NCBI GenBank assembly: GCA_009103225.1
Contig: RHPI01001311.1
Location: 120,808-184,807, forward strand
Reading direction: 5' to 3'
Source: Chlorokybus atmophyticus
Lineage: Eukaryota > Plantae > Mesostigma and Chlorokybus algae
DNA length: 64,000 nucleotides
The stretch's first letter is position 1; each line of letters begins with the position of its first letter. Shown piece after piece: positions 27,301 through 39,232 of this stretch. The notes beneath the pieces were generated by a model. It saw nothing but the letters and a program-made list of their open reading frames with translations. It was not told where the DNA came from and did not search any database. The position numbers and the translations under genes are program-made.

Positions 27301-30300
27301 CACCAAGTGATGCATCACGTCCAACACGTCCAGGCCACGCGCGTCACCTATCAGCACGGGGGCGGAGACGTGCAACACCAACTCTGACGGGTCCACACCC
27401 TGCACAGAAATACACACACACACATGTTGAGAAAACAATTTGTACGACAAACACAACAACGATGACCAAAACAACATGTATGACACAACATGTGCGACAG
27501 ACACAACATGATCCCACACACCCACACAACAACAACTACTCACCCTGTACTCCCCGAGCTCCGCAAAAGGTACGAATCCGTCCTCCACGCCGAGTGACGC
27601 GGGCAAACGCGGCAGCTCACTCAACATACTCGTCGTGTTATTGCGGTCACCACTCAACGCCAACGAGTTGCCTTCCACATTGGCTTGCACGTTGGGTCCA
27701 CCCAACGGCAGCACGCCCCACGGCCCGGGCTTCACATTGACACTATGCGACTCAGAATTGTTATACTCAATCGAGCCGCGTGATTGACTCATCGATAGCA
27801 ATGTGGACATGTTGTGTAGAGTCTTCAGCGCGTGCGCACGGGCTTCATGCGACAACACGCCCATGGTGAGTCCCGCGGGGAGGGACGTGTCCTCGCCGCG
27901 GGCGAGGTGGAACATGGGGATGATGTCGTCGGAGAATGTTGGGTCGATGTCGGCATCGCGGTCTAGACCGAATGCGGATGCCAAAGAAGCGCTCTCCAAC
28001 TCTTCTAACAAGGAGCCACGCGGTTGGGTCGCCTTCGGGTGCAACCTTTGCATGCTGCATACACACAATTAGCTCAACTTTAACTCGCCAAGGTTATCCT
28101 GGACGATATATATAACTGCTCACACGCACAGACAAGTACACACCTACACGCGCGTGTGACCACATGCGAACACGTGCAGGCGCACCCAAACATGCGCCGC
28201 CACACGTGTCTGCTCGCGTGCGTGTGCGCATGCGCATGCAACACAAGCACTCATGCACGCACAAGCGCACACATACACGCACACCATGTACACAATAAGT
28301 GTATGCAGAACCACCTCGCACGCACGTGCAAACCCACCCACACACGCACCTCTTCTGCTGTTGGTCATAGTCTTCCCCCCTCATCTCATACAGCGCCAAC
28401 TCCACAATGTTATTATTCCCCTCACTCCCACCTCCCATCCTCCCTCCTTCGCTCCCGTACCTCACAATCCCACGCTCTCCACCCAATTGATCTTCAATCA
28501 CATCAACACGTCTTTTGCGTTGCTCGGGCGAAGAGGAAGAGAGGGCCAGAGCGTTGTTGTTGTTGTTGGGAGAGGAGGAGGAGGATACGTCACCCCACCC
28601 CACGTATCGCGAGGAGGGGGAGTCGCCGTGTTCGATGGGTGGCAACGACTCCTCTGAAAAGTATTGAGCGAATGAGCGAAGTGGTAAGCCACGTAACGGG
28701 GATTGAAACAACATGTGTGCACGTGGTGACAATAGATACGCGTGCATAGGCACACACACGCTACACTTGTGTATGCGTGTGCACACAAAGTCAACTGACT
28801 AATTATCCAAGCATACTGGCAACACTTGCAAATAAGGCACTTCGATGGTGACAACAACAGCAGTACAGGGACATGTGTTGACACATGTCCCTGTACTACA
28901 TGCACAATGCCATGTGTATGCATGCAATGTTGTCATGTGCACACACACGTGCACATGCACACACGCACACTCACATCACACACAACCCACCACCAAACGA
29001 ACATAATCTCATTTCCAACACCCACACACCCACACACCCACACTCAACTCACCCGCACTCCCTGACCACGCCGGGCCAGGACTACCCTGCCCGTCCATAA
29101 TTCGCATCCGTTTGGTGTACTGCACGGCGCTCTCGCCCTCGCCATTGTCGCGCCAGGACAGCGGCGGGGATGGGACGCTGTTGTCGACGTTGTTGTTGGT
29201 ATTGTCGTTGTTGTTGTCGTCGTTGTTGTCGTGGGCGTGGGGGGGCCGATGAGAGGGAGAAGTAAAGTGGAATGGACTTTCTTCCCTGCACAAGTTGTTG
29301 TATTACGTGACCCACACAGGCGCACATATAAATATACACGTGCACGCACGCGTACCCGCATGCACACACACATGTCACTCACTCACCGTTGTGTGTCGCT
29401 GGCAGCGGGGCTGACCGACCACGCAATAGCCTCATCCTCAATCACTTCAACATGCTGTTGTTGTTGTTGTTGTTGTTCCCCACGATAACTCGGCGTCGCC
29501 ACGCTAAAGTCATGCAACTCCTCATCCATACCATCATCCTCCTCCTCATCCACATCATCCACGACAGCAACATCCCACGCCGTCCCCTCCTCCTCCTCCT
29601 CTTTGCTCCCAACAACGACATTGACATCATCCGCATTCTGCGCATCACTCGGCAGCGGGAACAACGTGGGCGTGCGGGGCGACGAGGACACGTCCTCTAT
29701 GTGCTTCGGTGATGTTGGGTGTGAACGTGTGTGCGCGTGTGTCGGGGAGGAAGAGGTCTTGATAGGTGGCAATGGTGCTGCGGGGGACGAGTCTCTCGTG
29801 TTGTTGCTGGAGTTGTTGTTGTTGGGAGGCATGTTGGGTTGTTGGGTTGCGCTCACGCGCTTGGGGAAAGGCGCGTCGGGTGGGCGGATGCGTCTATGAT
29901 GCTTGTTGACCCAAAAGCCAAAGCGCACCTACGAGAGAAATGTAATGACACATACGAACAAACACAACATCAAGTGACACGTGTCCACACCTGCAAGTCC
30001 ATGGAGGTGTTGCCTTTGGTGCCGAGGCTGAGAGTCGTGCCCGTAATCCACAACGGTACCGCAGACGCCTCTGCTTCGGCTATCTGTCACGCCAGCGAGT
30101 GTGTGCATGAGTCCGCATGCATGTGCGTGTGTGTACTTGCGCGTGCGCGTATGAGGGTGCGTGTGGCTATGTATGTGTGTCGTCGTGCGTGTCCGTGCGC
30201 ATGTTTGTCAGCATATGCATGTGCGCGCGCAAGTGTGTGTGTACGCATGCTCACATGTATGTGTGCATGCGTGCGCGTGTGCGCGTGCACATTTTGGGCC

Positions 30301-32037
30301 CTCTCAGCAGGATATACTTCCTAATGGATGTGATGCAAATTGCACACGTAATGCTTTACCTGTGTCTCCAAGCTCCTCGTCTCGTCCAGTAGCCGGCTCA
30401 GATCAATGCGCAGGTGCCCGATAAGCTTCTCCCCCCTCTCCGTGACCTGTGCACAGATTAATTTCATGTTACATTTTTGTGCTTACGGAATCGTTTGCAA
30501 CCCAACATAACGAGCAAACCCCAACGTTGAATGGCAGAAGATGTGACACTATACACACGCCAATGCTGCGGTGTTCACGTCACACACTGTGTGAATTGGG
30601 TTAAGTCAACAATGGCAAAGTACCACAATGTCACGAGACTCAAGGAAGAACACAAACCAAACATAGGGCACGGACGTGCCGTTGTGTTTTTGGTACTCAT
30701 ACCGCAGCACCATGACCCGACATAACGAACCCAACCCACATCAAGGACCCAAAACCCAACACGAATATGCATCCAAGACTTAAAAACTCGAGGCACCAGA
30801 GGCAAATCAACGCAATCCCACCACAAGGACGCGCAACCCAACATGAAGCGCACGCACCCAACCCGATACGAACACGCCACTCCCCCCCCACCCTCACCTT
30901 GTACACCCCGACGCTGCAGTGTTTCGGCATGTACTGTCCCCCCCCTCCGCTCTCAAACATGGTGCACTCCATCTTCATGGTCTCGTCGAACCTCGCCTCG
31001 TCCCCTTTGACAATAACGCTCCCGGTGTGGTCCCCCCTCGCCCCCTTGCGGACGCGGACGCGCAGGAGGCGCGAGTCGAGGGAGCCGCGGGGGGACAGGG
31101 AGACGGAGACGATGTGGAGGGCGAAGGAGAGGAGGTGGGAGCGCTTGCCCACGCGGGCCAACGCGCGGAAGAGGGAGAGGCTGGGGGAGGGGGGGGCCGG
31201 GTTTGTTTGTTTGCTTGTGCATGCGTGCGCGCGCGCGTGTGTGTGCACGCGTGTGCGCGCGCGCGTGCACATGTGCAGCCACGCACACCCTCAAACCGTG
31301 TGCGTGTACGTGTGTGTATGCGCGTGCGTGCGCGTGAGAAGCCACACATGCGTGCGTAAGCAGCCAAACATGCGCACGCGCGCACACACAGATAGAAACG
31401 ATGCAGTGCTTCGGACACCCCATGCACGCAAGGGCATATGTGTGTGCGTGCGTGCTCGCAGCATGCATGTGCACACACACATGCACAAACGTGTGCGTGC
31501 GCGCACATGCGCGCCTGCGTGTGTGCTTATTTGAACGTAAATGTGTGGCTCCCATGCCTGATTGCTATAAGAACCATGCATCATTGTCCTTCTCGCGTCT
31601 GTGTATGCGAGTGGTTGCACGCGTGCACACGTGAGTGTGAGCGTGTAGGTATACGTGTCTGTGCATGCATCTGTGTGTTTCTGTATGCGTGCACGCATGA
31701 GTGTGGATGTGTGTGTATGTAACGATGCATGTGAAAGCATACATGAAGTTGTGCAAATGTTCACACGCAAACACACCTGCACACGCATGCATACAGACCA
31801 CATGTCCACACGCACACAGCGACTGAAATACCCCAACACACGCACACATGCTTACCGTTTGAAAAGGCTCGGTTTCTTTGCGACAGGCGCGGGCTGTCGT
31901 GGCAGCGAGTAGAGGTGGTCCAACTTGCGCTGGTTGTTGTTGTTGTTGTTGTTGCTGCTGCTGTTGTTGTTGTTGTTGTCGTGTGGGAACGGAGGTGAGG
32001 CCGAGTCGGGATCGTCCTGCTCGGCTGTGCTCGCCAT
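24327..32037 (-). CDS. PMIR: PMI1/PMIR-family (plastid movement impaired 1-related) protein: NT-C2 domain, central conserved blocks, C-terminal LysM; 14 exons
   Basis: Phase-consistent exons: 32037-31856, 31180-30898, 30446-30360, 30083-29991, 29928-29387, 29285-29053, 28653-28350, 28054-27544, 27399-26769, 26496-25859, 25619-25334, 25075-24964, 24886-24736, 24407-24327. Motifs: LSLFRALARVGK..FDETMKMECTMF, AVSMEEW, MLVQLRDPKRDNLA|VGAPMLAM, KYKIT|GVHLVG, and LysM TVREGDTMWGIA..GDGQR|WREVAEKNPQIQNPDLIRP. Confidence 0.88.
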
Positions 32038-32646
32038 GAGAGCCAAGTGTGGATGTGTGGAGTGTTGTTGTGCTTATGACTCGCCTTCAACTTGCGTCTC
32101 TGTCAAATCACATACATAAATGTTGGAATGCCTTCTGTTTATATGCATTCATGAGCCTTTTCTGTGGCATGAGCATACAATATGACCGCACACAACCAGC
32201 CACACTGCTGGCCGTGCAATGTACTCCTCAACAGGTCCATGACACTTCATGGTACAGCACTGCGAAAAGATGCAATGTCAAGTGTCATCTCAACCTTTTG
32301 GATAATGCAGATCTGGGGTCAATCAGTCAGTCAATGCAGCGACAACCCTAACCTGTCATCAAGTTCTTTGTGAAGACGATGTGAAGTAGTAAAATCATAA
32401 GCGGCTGTACGCTTGTCAGCTTCCAAAGACAAAAGGCTACAGTTGATGTAACCAGACATATGGGCCGAGATAGAATGCAGGGTTGGTAGGGTTGACACAG
32501 TCGTTCATGACTGTCTGCCGCTTTGTGCAATGACGGCGACAGATCCATCTTGCTTTATGCAGTTGTTGAAGTTTTTGCCAATTGAGATGGTAGGAGAGCC
32601 CTCACAAACCCACACACACCGCCACTAGCCAGTGCAATAAACTTAC

Positions 32647-32845
32647 CAGTAGATATGAAGTAAAAAGTCCAGTATACTGGCCACCCCTCGACCAGGTGCG
32701 GCGTTGCACCGCCGCCGCCGCCGCCGCCAAGTCGCCGTCGAGGGCCTACCACACCATCCTCCTCGTCCTCCTCCGTCTCCTCTTCTTCCTCCTCCTCCTC
32801 CGCCGCCGCCGCTGTGCCACTTGGCGCGCAAACAGACACTTGCAT
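32647..32845 (-). other. Probable 5' leader exon of the PMIR transcript with an upstream ATG
   Basis: GC-rich block ending in a consensus donor G|GTAAGT (32646). ATG at 32845 opens MQVSV..(E)8..G-rich..YFIST. The main ORF has an in-frame stop (32076-32074) upstream of ATG 32037. Confidence 0.45.
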
Positions 32846-33067
32846 TGACTTCTACATAACATCCAAACAAGCATGAAGGAAACGCATCTATTCCTACGTA
32901 GGATTCACATGAGGTAGCCTCAGAACAATGGTGAATCTATATGCTTGTATGGCGCAGGCGTTTATGCTTATTGTTCGTCGTTGAGTTGACTGCGGTTACG
33001 AGTAGAATAAGGCTTAAGCTGCTTAAGTTAAGCATTACGCAGCAGCTTTAACCAGGCGGCGGCGTGC

Positions 33068-33540
33068 ATGGCGGGCAGGGCGTTGGCGGCCGCCGCAGCC
33101 TGCGTCGCCGGCGTCGGCCTCCTGGGCGTCGTCTTCAACGTCGCAGGCGCGAGCATAGTCGCCGCCATCACATCCAAAGTAAGGGGTTATCTCTCTCTCC
33201 CCCCCCCTCTCCCCCTGCCCCACCCACCCACCCTAACCCACCTCCTCCTCCTCCTCCTTCAGGGTATCAAGCGCGCTGTCTGTGAAGTGTGCGGGGAGGG
33301 AGGCAGGAGCACAGCGGCCCAGCTCTGTCGGACGTGTGGAGGTGAAGGGGCGATCGGGTGGCAGCCGAACGCGAGGGCCAGGGTGGAGAGGAGGACGGTG
33401 TGCCCAACGTGCGACGGGAAAGGGTGAGAGTATATGGTTGTTGATATTGTTGTGTGGTGTCGGTATGTTATATATATGGACTCTTTGTGTGTGGCAGGGA
33501 GCAGAAGTGTCTTAACTGTCTCGGTAAGGGTGTGGTTTGA
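33068..33540 (+). CDS. DnaJ-like Cys-rich zinc-finger protein without J domain (DnaJE1 type) with N-terminal hydrophobic segment; exons 33068-33178, 33263-33423, 33498-33540
   Basis: Four CxxCxGxG-type motifs (CEVCGEGG, CRTCGGEG, CPTCDGKG, CLNCLGKG) joined by phase-consistent GT-AG introns. Confidence 0.85.
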
Positions 33541-35077
33541 GAGTTGAAGAGTTCTGTGAGATCTGGTATTGAACTGAACACCGGTTCTGAGAGAGATTGT
33601 TAGGAACAGTATGTGCATTGCAATTGCTAATGTGCGTGCGTTCTTGAATGCTGTCTTGTTGTTGCTGCGAGTGCGTGTGGAATGCCTGTGTGTGTTTGTG
33701 ACATTATCAGTACCAGCTTCGTGGTTGTGCTTGTGTGTGGTGTGACTTATACGTATTTGTGCAAGCACAGGTGCGCAAACGTGCATACGCATGCACGCTC
33801 ACACGCAAACGCACACCTGACCGTGCATTCCAAACAGGCTCCACAATGCATGCTTGCACAATGTGCGCGCGTGTGTATGTGTCTCCACACGCATGCACGT
33901 GCAATGAGTGTAAGCGCGTGAGTACACAATTGCATGCACAGACACCATGCTCAGGAGTGCGTACCGCATATGCATGCATACATGCAGCACATATGCAAGC
34001 AAGCACAACGGGGTGTTAGCAGTCGTAGGTAGATTAGGTAGAGTAGCCCGGTGGTGAACTACGTGGTAGTGTGAAATGTGAGTGGTATGATTGTGGGATG
34101 GTGATGGTCACTGTGCATGAGCATATGCCACGCGCATTGTATGTACATGCTCACGCACATAACTGTGCGTCATCATGTGCACAGAGACACACCAGCATGC
34201 GCATGCACATGCACACATGCATGCACACACATATGTGGCATACAGTCTTTGTACACACACTCACCCTGCAAACGCGCACACGCACATGCACAGCTGGACT
34301 CGCTTGCGCCTGTGCGCACACACTCACAATGGCAACAACAACAACAACCCAACTGCCACCCTTTAGCGAAACAGCGGCTCACCACCAGCGCTTAGTTTGG
34401 TTGTCCCCTATTGAAGCCGGCAGCGGGAGGGTGTACGACGCTACCCAATGAGTTTGTTTTTGTTTCCAGACATTAACATCCACTGTATACACACACGGGT
34501 GTGTGTATACAAACGCATGGGCAGGCATGCACACACACGCAGGACACGCAGTGCGCGTGGGCCCGCGTGCGTGCATGACTCTCCACACACGTGCGTGCAG
34601 AGTCACACACGTGTGCATATGCGCAAGTACATGTGCGCACACCCACACGCGCCTGAACAACACACATCTAGTCGAAGATGCCGCACACGCATGCACATAC
34701 ATGCGTGCGCTTGCACACGCACATGCACCAAGCAGCAGCAACCCAACTTGGCACTCATTGTGGAAGACAGGCGCACTACTGCACTACTTCCCGCGTGCAT
34801 CTATTGACATCCACCGGATCCGCACACGCGTGCGCCAATCCGCCCACACACCAACAGCAGTATTACCCAGAGCCAACATACACAAACAGCAACTCATCAA
34901 ACAGTAGGCCCGTCCCACAGTACACATACTCACACGAACTCACCTCCTTCCACATATGTATTTTATACGTACCAACCCGCATAGCACTACTGCTGCATAC
35001 GTGCACACGTACACGCGCATCACGAGTACAAATCATCCTCACGCCCACTCTCACTCTTCACCCCACCCTCACCCGCT

Positions 35078-38000
35078 CTATGTATCGTCCTTGCCACACG
35101 CACGCACGCTCTCCTCGACAGCCTCCTTCCCGAGCACGTCCACAATAAACCTGCTCGGCTTATCTTTCGTTCCAACACCAAGTACGCACGAGAACACAAA
35201 CACCTCGCTCGCCCTCGTCATGGCGATGTAAACCAACCTCCTCATGTTGGCCACATGTTTGTTCCTGAGCATCTTGTTGTGGGCGTGTGGGGTGGACCCA
35301 ACATGCGTGTCGAACACGCCTTTCGGGGTGGGAAAGGGCGGGGAAGTTCTTCTGCCGGGTAGTTTGGCGTCGTGTGCACATATGAGGAAGACCGCTTTGA
35401 ACTGTTTGCCTCTCACGCGGTGGAGATTGCTCACGCACACGGCATCACGATGGAAGTCATCGTCATGTTGGGTGTGTATGTGTGCGTGCGAACCCAACGC
35501 AACGGACACGCCGTCATTGTTGTGCGTGTCGTTGTTGTTGTGCGTATCGTCGCTGTTGTGCTGCGTGCTGCCAGACCCAACATGTCCAACTTGTCCACCC
35601 GCGCTCTTCTTGTTGTTCTCGCACAGGAAATAGTCCACAGGTATGTCACGTTGCGAGAGTGCCGCCACAATGTGTCGCGCATCCCACGCACTCTTCGTCA
35701 CAACCGCAATGTCTTTCAGTTGATATCCGTCGTGCCCGTCATCGTCATGAAGAGCCGATATCATCTCCGCCACACGCGAAGCCTCCTCTTCGGGCGTGTC
35801 CACAACGACGAGGTGGACGCTCTCGTTGATGACAGACAACTCAACATCACGAGGGGTGTGTTGTGTCTCCTCTTGTTGCTTCTTCTTTCGAGTGCGCTTC
35901 TTTGGTTGTGGTTGTTGTTGGGCAGGAGGTTGGGATGTGGTGGCGATATCGGTTGGGAGCTGCTCTGGATATAAGTAGCGATCGGGAGACATCAGCCGAG
36001 CCGCGCCTCTCACGATGCCTGTCGCGTGTGTGTGCAGCATCAGTGTGTGGATGTGTGCATTTGTGAGGGTGTGCAGGCGTGTGCGCATGCGTGTGTGTGC
36101 GTACGTGTGTGTATCTGTGTGTGGACATGTGCGAGTGTGTGCGCGTGCGTGCGCATGCGCGTGCGTGCATGTGTAATCAGCACATGTTGATTTTCTGGCA
36201 TCACCTGGTGCTGAGCGCATGTTCTGTGTGAGTTCGTGGACGGCTCCCGCAGGGAACAGAGCGAGGAACCGGCGCCGCAGCTCCGCGTTGCCGCCGCCAG
36301 TCCAGGGGGAGGAACCGCCGCCGAACGGGAGCTGCTGAAGGGAGTCGCCTGCGCAGAGTGGAGAGGGTGAAAGAGTTGCTGTTGACTGGAGATACGTACA
36401 CACAGATATAGGCACACACGCACGCACACACATATGCACGCGTGCACATGTACACATACACATACACACATATGCACACGTCCACACGTCCACACGCGCG
36501 TGCAGCCTGCGCATGCACACACAAGCACATTGCATGCTCACGTGCACACGCACACATGTACCTGCTGCGACCACGTTGCGCGAGTCGCGGGCGAGCTTGT
36601 ACGCCAGCAGAAGAGCCTCATCACTGCAGACGAGACTGTGAGGTTGTGTATCACACAAACACACATACGACACGACACAACAACAACATACCTGTGGTCT
36701 TGCAGCTCATCCACCATGACATGCCGGTACCGATGCGCGCCCCCGCCGGCAGCCACAATATCCGCAGCACGCGCCACCTGAACACACACACACATCATAA
36801 CAATGTTCTACAAAGCCAACACACACAACCTTCTCTCACCATCTCATCGAACTCTGCCACGCGGCGGCTCCGCTTCAGCTCCACCCACTCTTTGTACACT
36901 TTCGCCACGGTCCTGCTCGTCCACGCCGTTGATGGCGACGAACTCCTCCTTGCTGTTGTGGTTGATGTTGGGGTTGATGTTGGGCTTGGTGTTGAGCTGG
37001 AAGCGTTGTTGTGGCTGCGTCTCCTCTCGTCGTCATCAACATCATGATCATCGTCATCGATGTTGAAGTCGTTGTCCTCATTGTCAAGATGGCACTTCTC
37101 AAGGTACTCATCTGGGCCGACACCCGCAACCTATGAATGCCAAGGACTCAAACATGCGCTAAGGCGTGCATGTGTCTGATCATCATATGTGCGTGATTGC
37201 GTGTGCATGTGCATGTGTGCGCGCGCGCGCCAAACACACGCACACTCACGACAAGAACAAGCAAATGCAACGCATATTGTTGTTATTGCCGTGTTGTGCA
37301 CGCACATACAATCTCTCATCTCTCACCTTCAACATCCTGAAGTGGTTCAGCAGCGCCTTCCCCATCGCCACCTCCACGCCATCCTCCTCGCCTTCACCAT
37401 CCATGCCGTTGTTGTTGCTGCTGTTGCTGTTGCTGTTGTTACCCATCACCATGGGCCGCTTGCGCAGGTACGACTCGCGGAGGGAACGGGCAGACGTATA
37501 GTCAAGGAGGAGGGACACCGCCTGAGATGTGTGTGTATGAGTGTGTGTGTGGGGGGGGCNNNNNNNNNNNNNNNNNNNNNNNNNNNNNNNNNNNNNNNNN
37601 NNNNNNNNNNNNNNNNNNNNNNNNNNNNNNNNNNNNNNNNNNNNNNNNNNNNNNNNNNNNNNNNNNNNNNNNNNNNNNNNNNNNNNNNNNNNNNNNNNNN
37701 NNNNNNNNNNNNNNNNNNNNNNNNNNNNNNNNNNNNNNNNNNNNNNNNNNNNNNNNNNNNNNNNNNNNNNNNNGGGCTTGCGTGCGTATGCTTGTGTGTG
37801 TAAATGCGCGCGCATGCGTGTGTACGTTCGTGTGCGTGCCCGCTTGTGCCCTGCGGCTGTGCGGAAGTAAGGCCAAGTGTGTCCCTGCACATGTCTGTGT
37901 GCGCGCATGCATGCATGCATGCGCGCGCGCGCGCATGTGTGTGCGCGCGAGCACGAGCATGTCCATGCACGTGTGCGCGCGTGCGTGCATGCGTGTCTAC

Positions 38001-39232
38001 GCAAACGCTCACATCTTGTGCAGGTTGTTCATACACACCAACACACCAACATCCCCACCTCATTCGCCGGCAGCAATCTCGCCCCCTCTCCCTCCCCCCT
38101 CACCACTTCCATCGCCTTGGCGTGCACCGTCTTCACCTGCACGCTCCTCATGGCATCCAGCGGCGTCCACAACTCCACCATACTCTTCACCCTCTCCGCA
38201 CACTCCTTCCCACTCGTCAGTATGAGTATCTCGTCCGCCTTTGACGTGTGCGTGGCGACGATGTGGGCGGCGCGCGCGGCGAGGGAGACGGTCTTGCCGG
38301 TGCCGGCGGGACCGAGGATCAGGAGGGGACGGGAACGGAGGAAGAGGATGTGGGATTGAGGGGAGGAGAGGGCGGAGAGGGACTCGTCGAACTGGGGGGG
38401 AGGAGAGAGAGTGGGTGAGTGGGTGGGTGGGTGGGTATGTGGTGACATGCACGCACGCACGCACGCATACGCACGCTAACACGCACGCACCCACAATCAC
38501 ACACGCGCGCACGCAGACACATTCATGCATGCGCGCACGCATCAATGCGTGCGCGCACGAGCGCACGACAACCGCACGATATACACGAATTGTACAAACG
38601 CACGCGCAAGGACACACTGGCACGCAACAAGCGCACGCACGCTAGCAAAACAAAGATACAATACAACGACAACAACAGCAACTCACTGTGGCGTGTTCGA
38701 ACTCGAACGGCTCACAACGCGCATCCTCATCGTCGCCATCATGAAACTCTTGTTGTTGTTGGAGCGCGTCGACACGTCCATTGTCGTGGTGGTTGTGTCC
38801 GATGTGGTTGTTGTGGGGGTGGTTGTAGCGGTGGCTGTGATGGTGGTGGTTGTCCACTGCTGCTGTTGTTGAAGATGACAATGAGGCATAAGAGAAGCGA
38901 GTCATGAGTCCTCCGCGCCGTGGATGATGTGGGTGAAGTGGATGGTGATGTGGACCTTGTTGTGGTTGTTTCTGTAGTTGTCTTCTACTTTGCGGCTGAT
39001 GAAGAGGTGGGAATGAGTAGTAGTAAGAAGGGAGTGGCGAAGCCACAGAGGAAAAGGCATGACACGGAGGACTCATCGCCGTGGTTGTGGTTGTTATGTC
39101 TGTTGTGTTTGAAGGTGTTGGTGTGTTGGTTGCGTGTGTTGTTGTTGTTGTCGTTGTCGTTGGGATGATGGTGAGGCGTCGCCACAATGAGGCTAGTGTC
39201 CTCCTTTTATTCAGCGGCTGCCACAGCAGCAT
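35078..39232 (-). CDS. UvrD/Rep/PcrA-like superfamily 1A helicase with divergent motifs and a possible organellar targeting peptide
   Basis: Exons 39232-38687, 38391-38059, 37521-37327, 37130-36840, 36777-36692, 36623-36562, 36348-36205, 36018-35078. Motifs GPAGTGKT, VMVDELQD, AGDSLQQ, LTQNMRS, DIAVV, LHRVRGKQF, RRLVYIAMTRA. The gap at 37560-37773 could hide an exon, and further 3' exons (e.g. 34482-34383) are possible. Confidence 0.82.
37560..37773. other. Assembly gap (N run) in an intron of the helicase gene
   Basis: Run of N. Confidence 0.99.

Noticed and set aside
34071-34482. Separate small gene between the DnaJ-like and helicase genes
   Set aside because: Only one plausible 100-nt exon (34482-34383, minus strand) and no recognisable product; may be a 3' exon or UTR of the helicase.
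30087-38645. Numerous His/Thr/Cys/Val-rich ORFs (HTHT, CVCV)
   Set aside because: They arise from CA/TG-rich introns; not independent genes.
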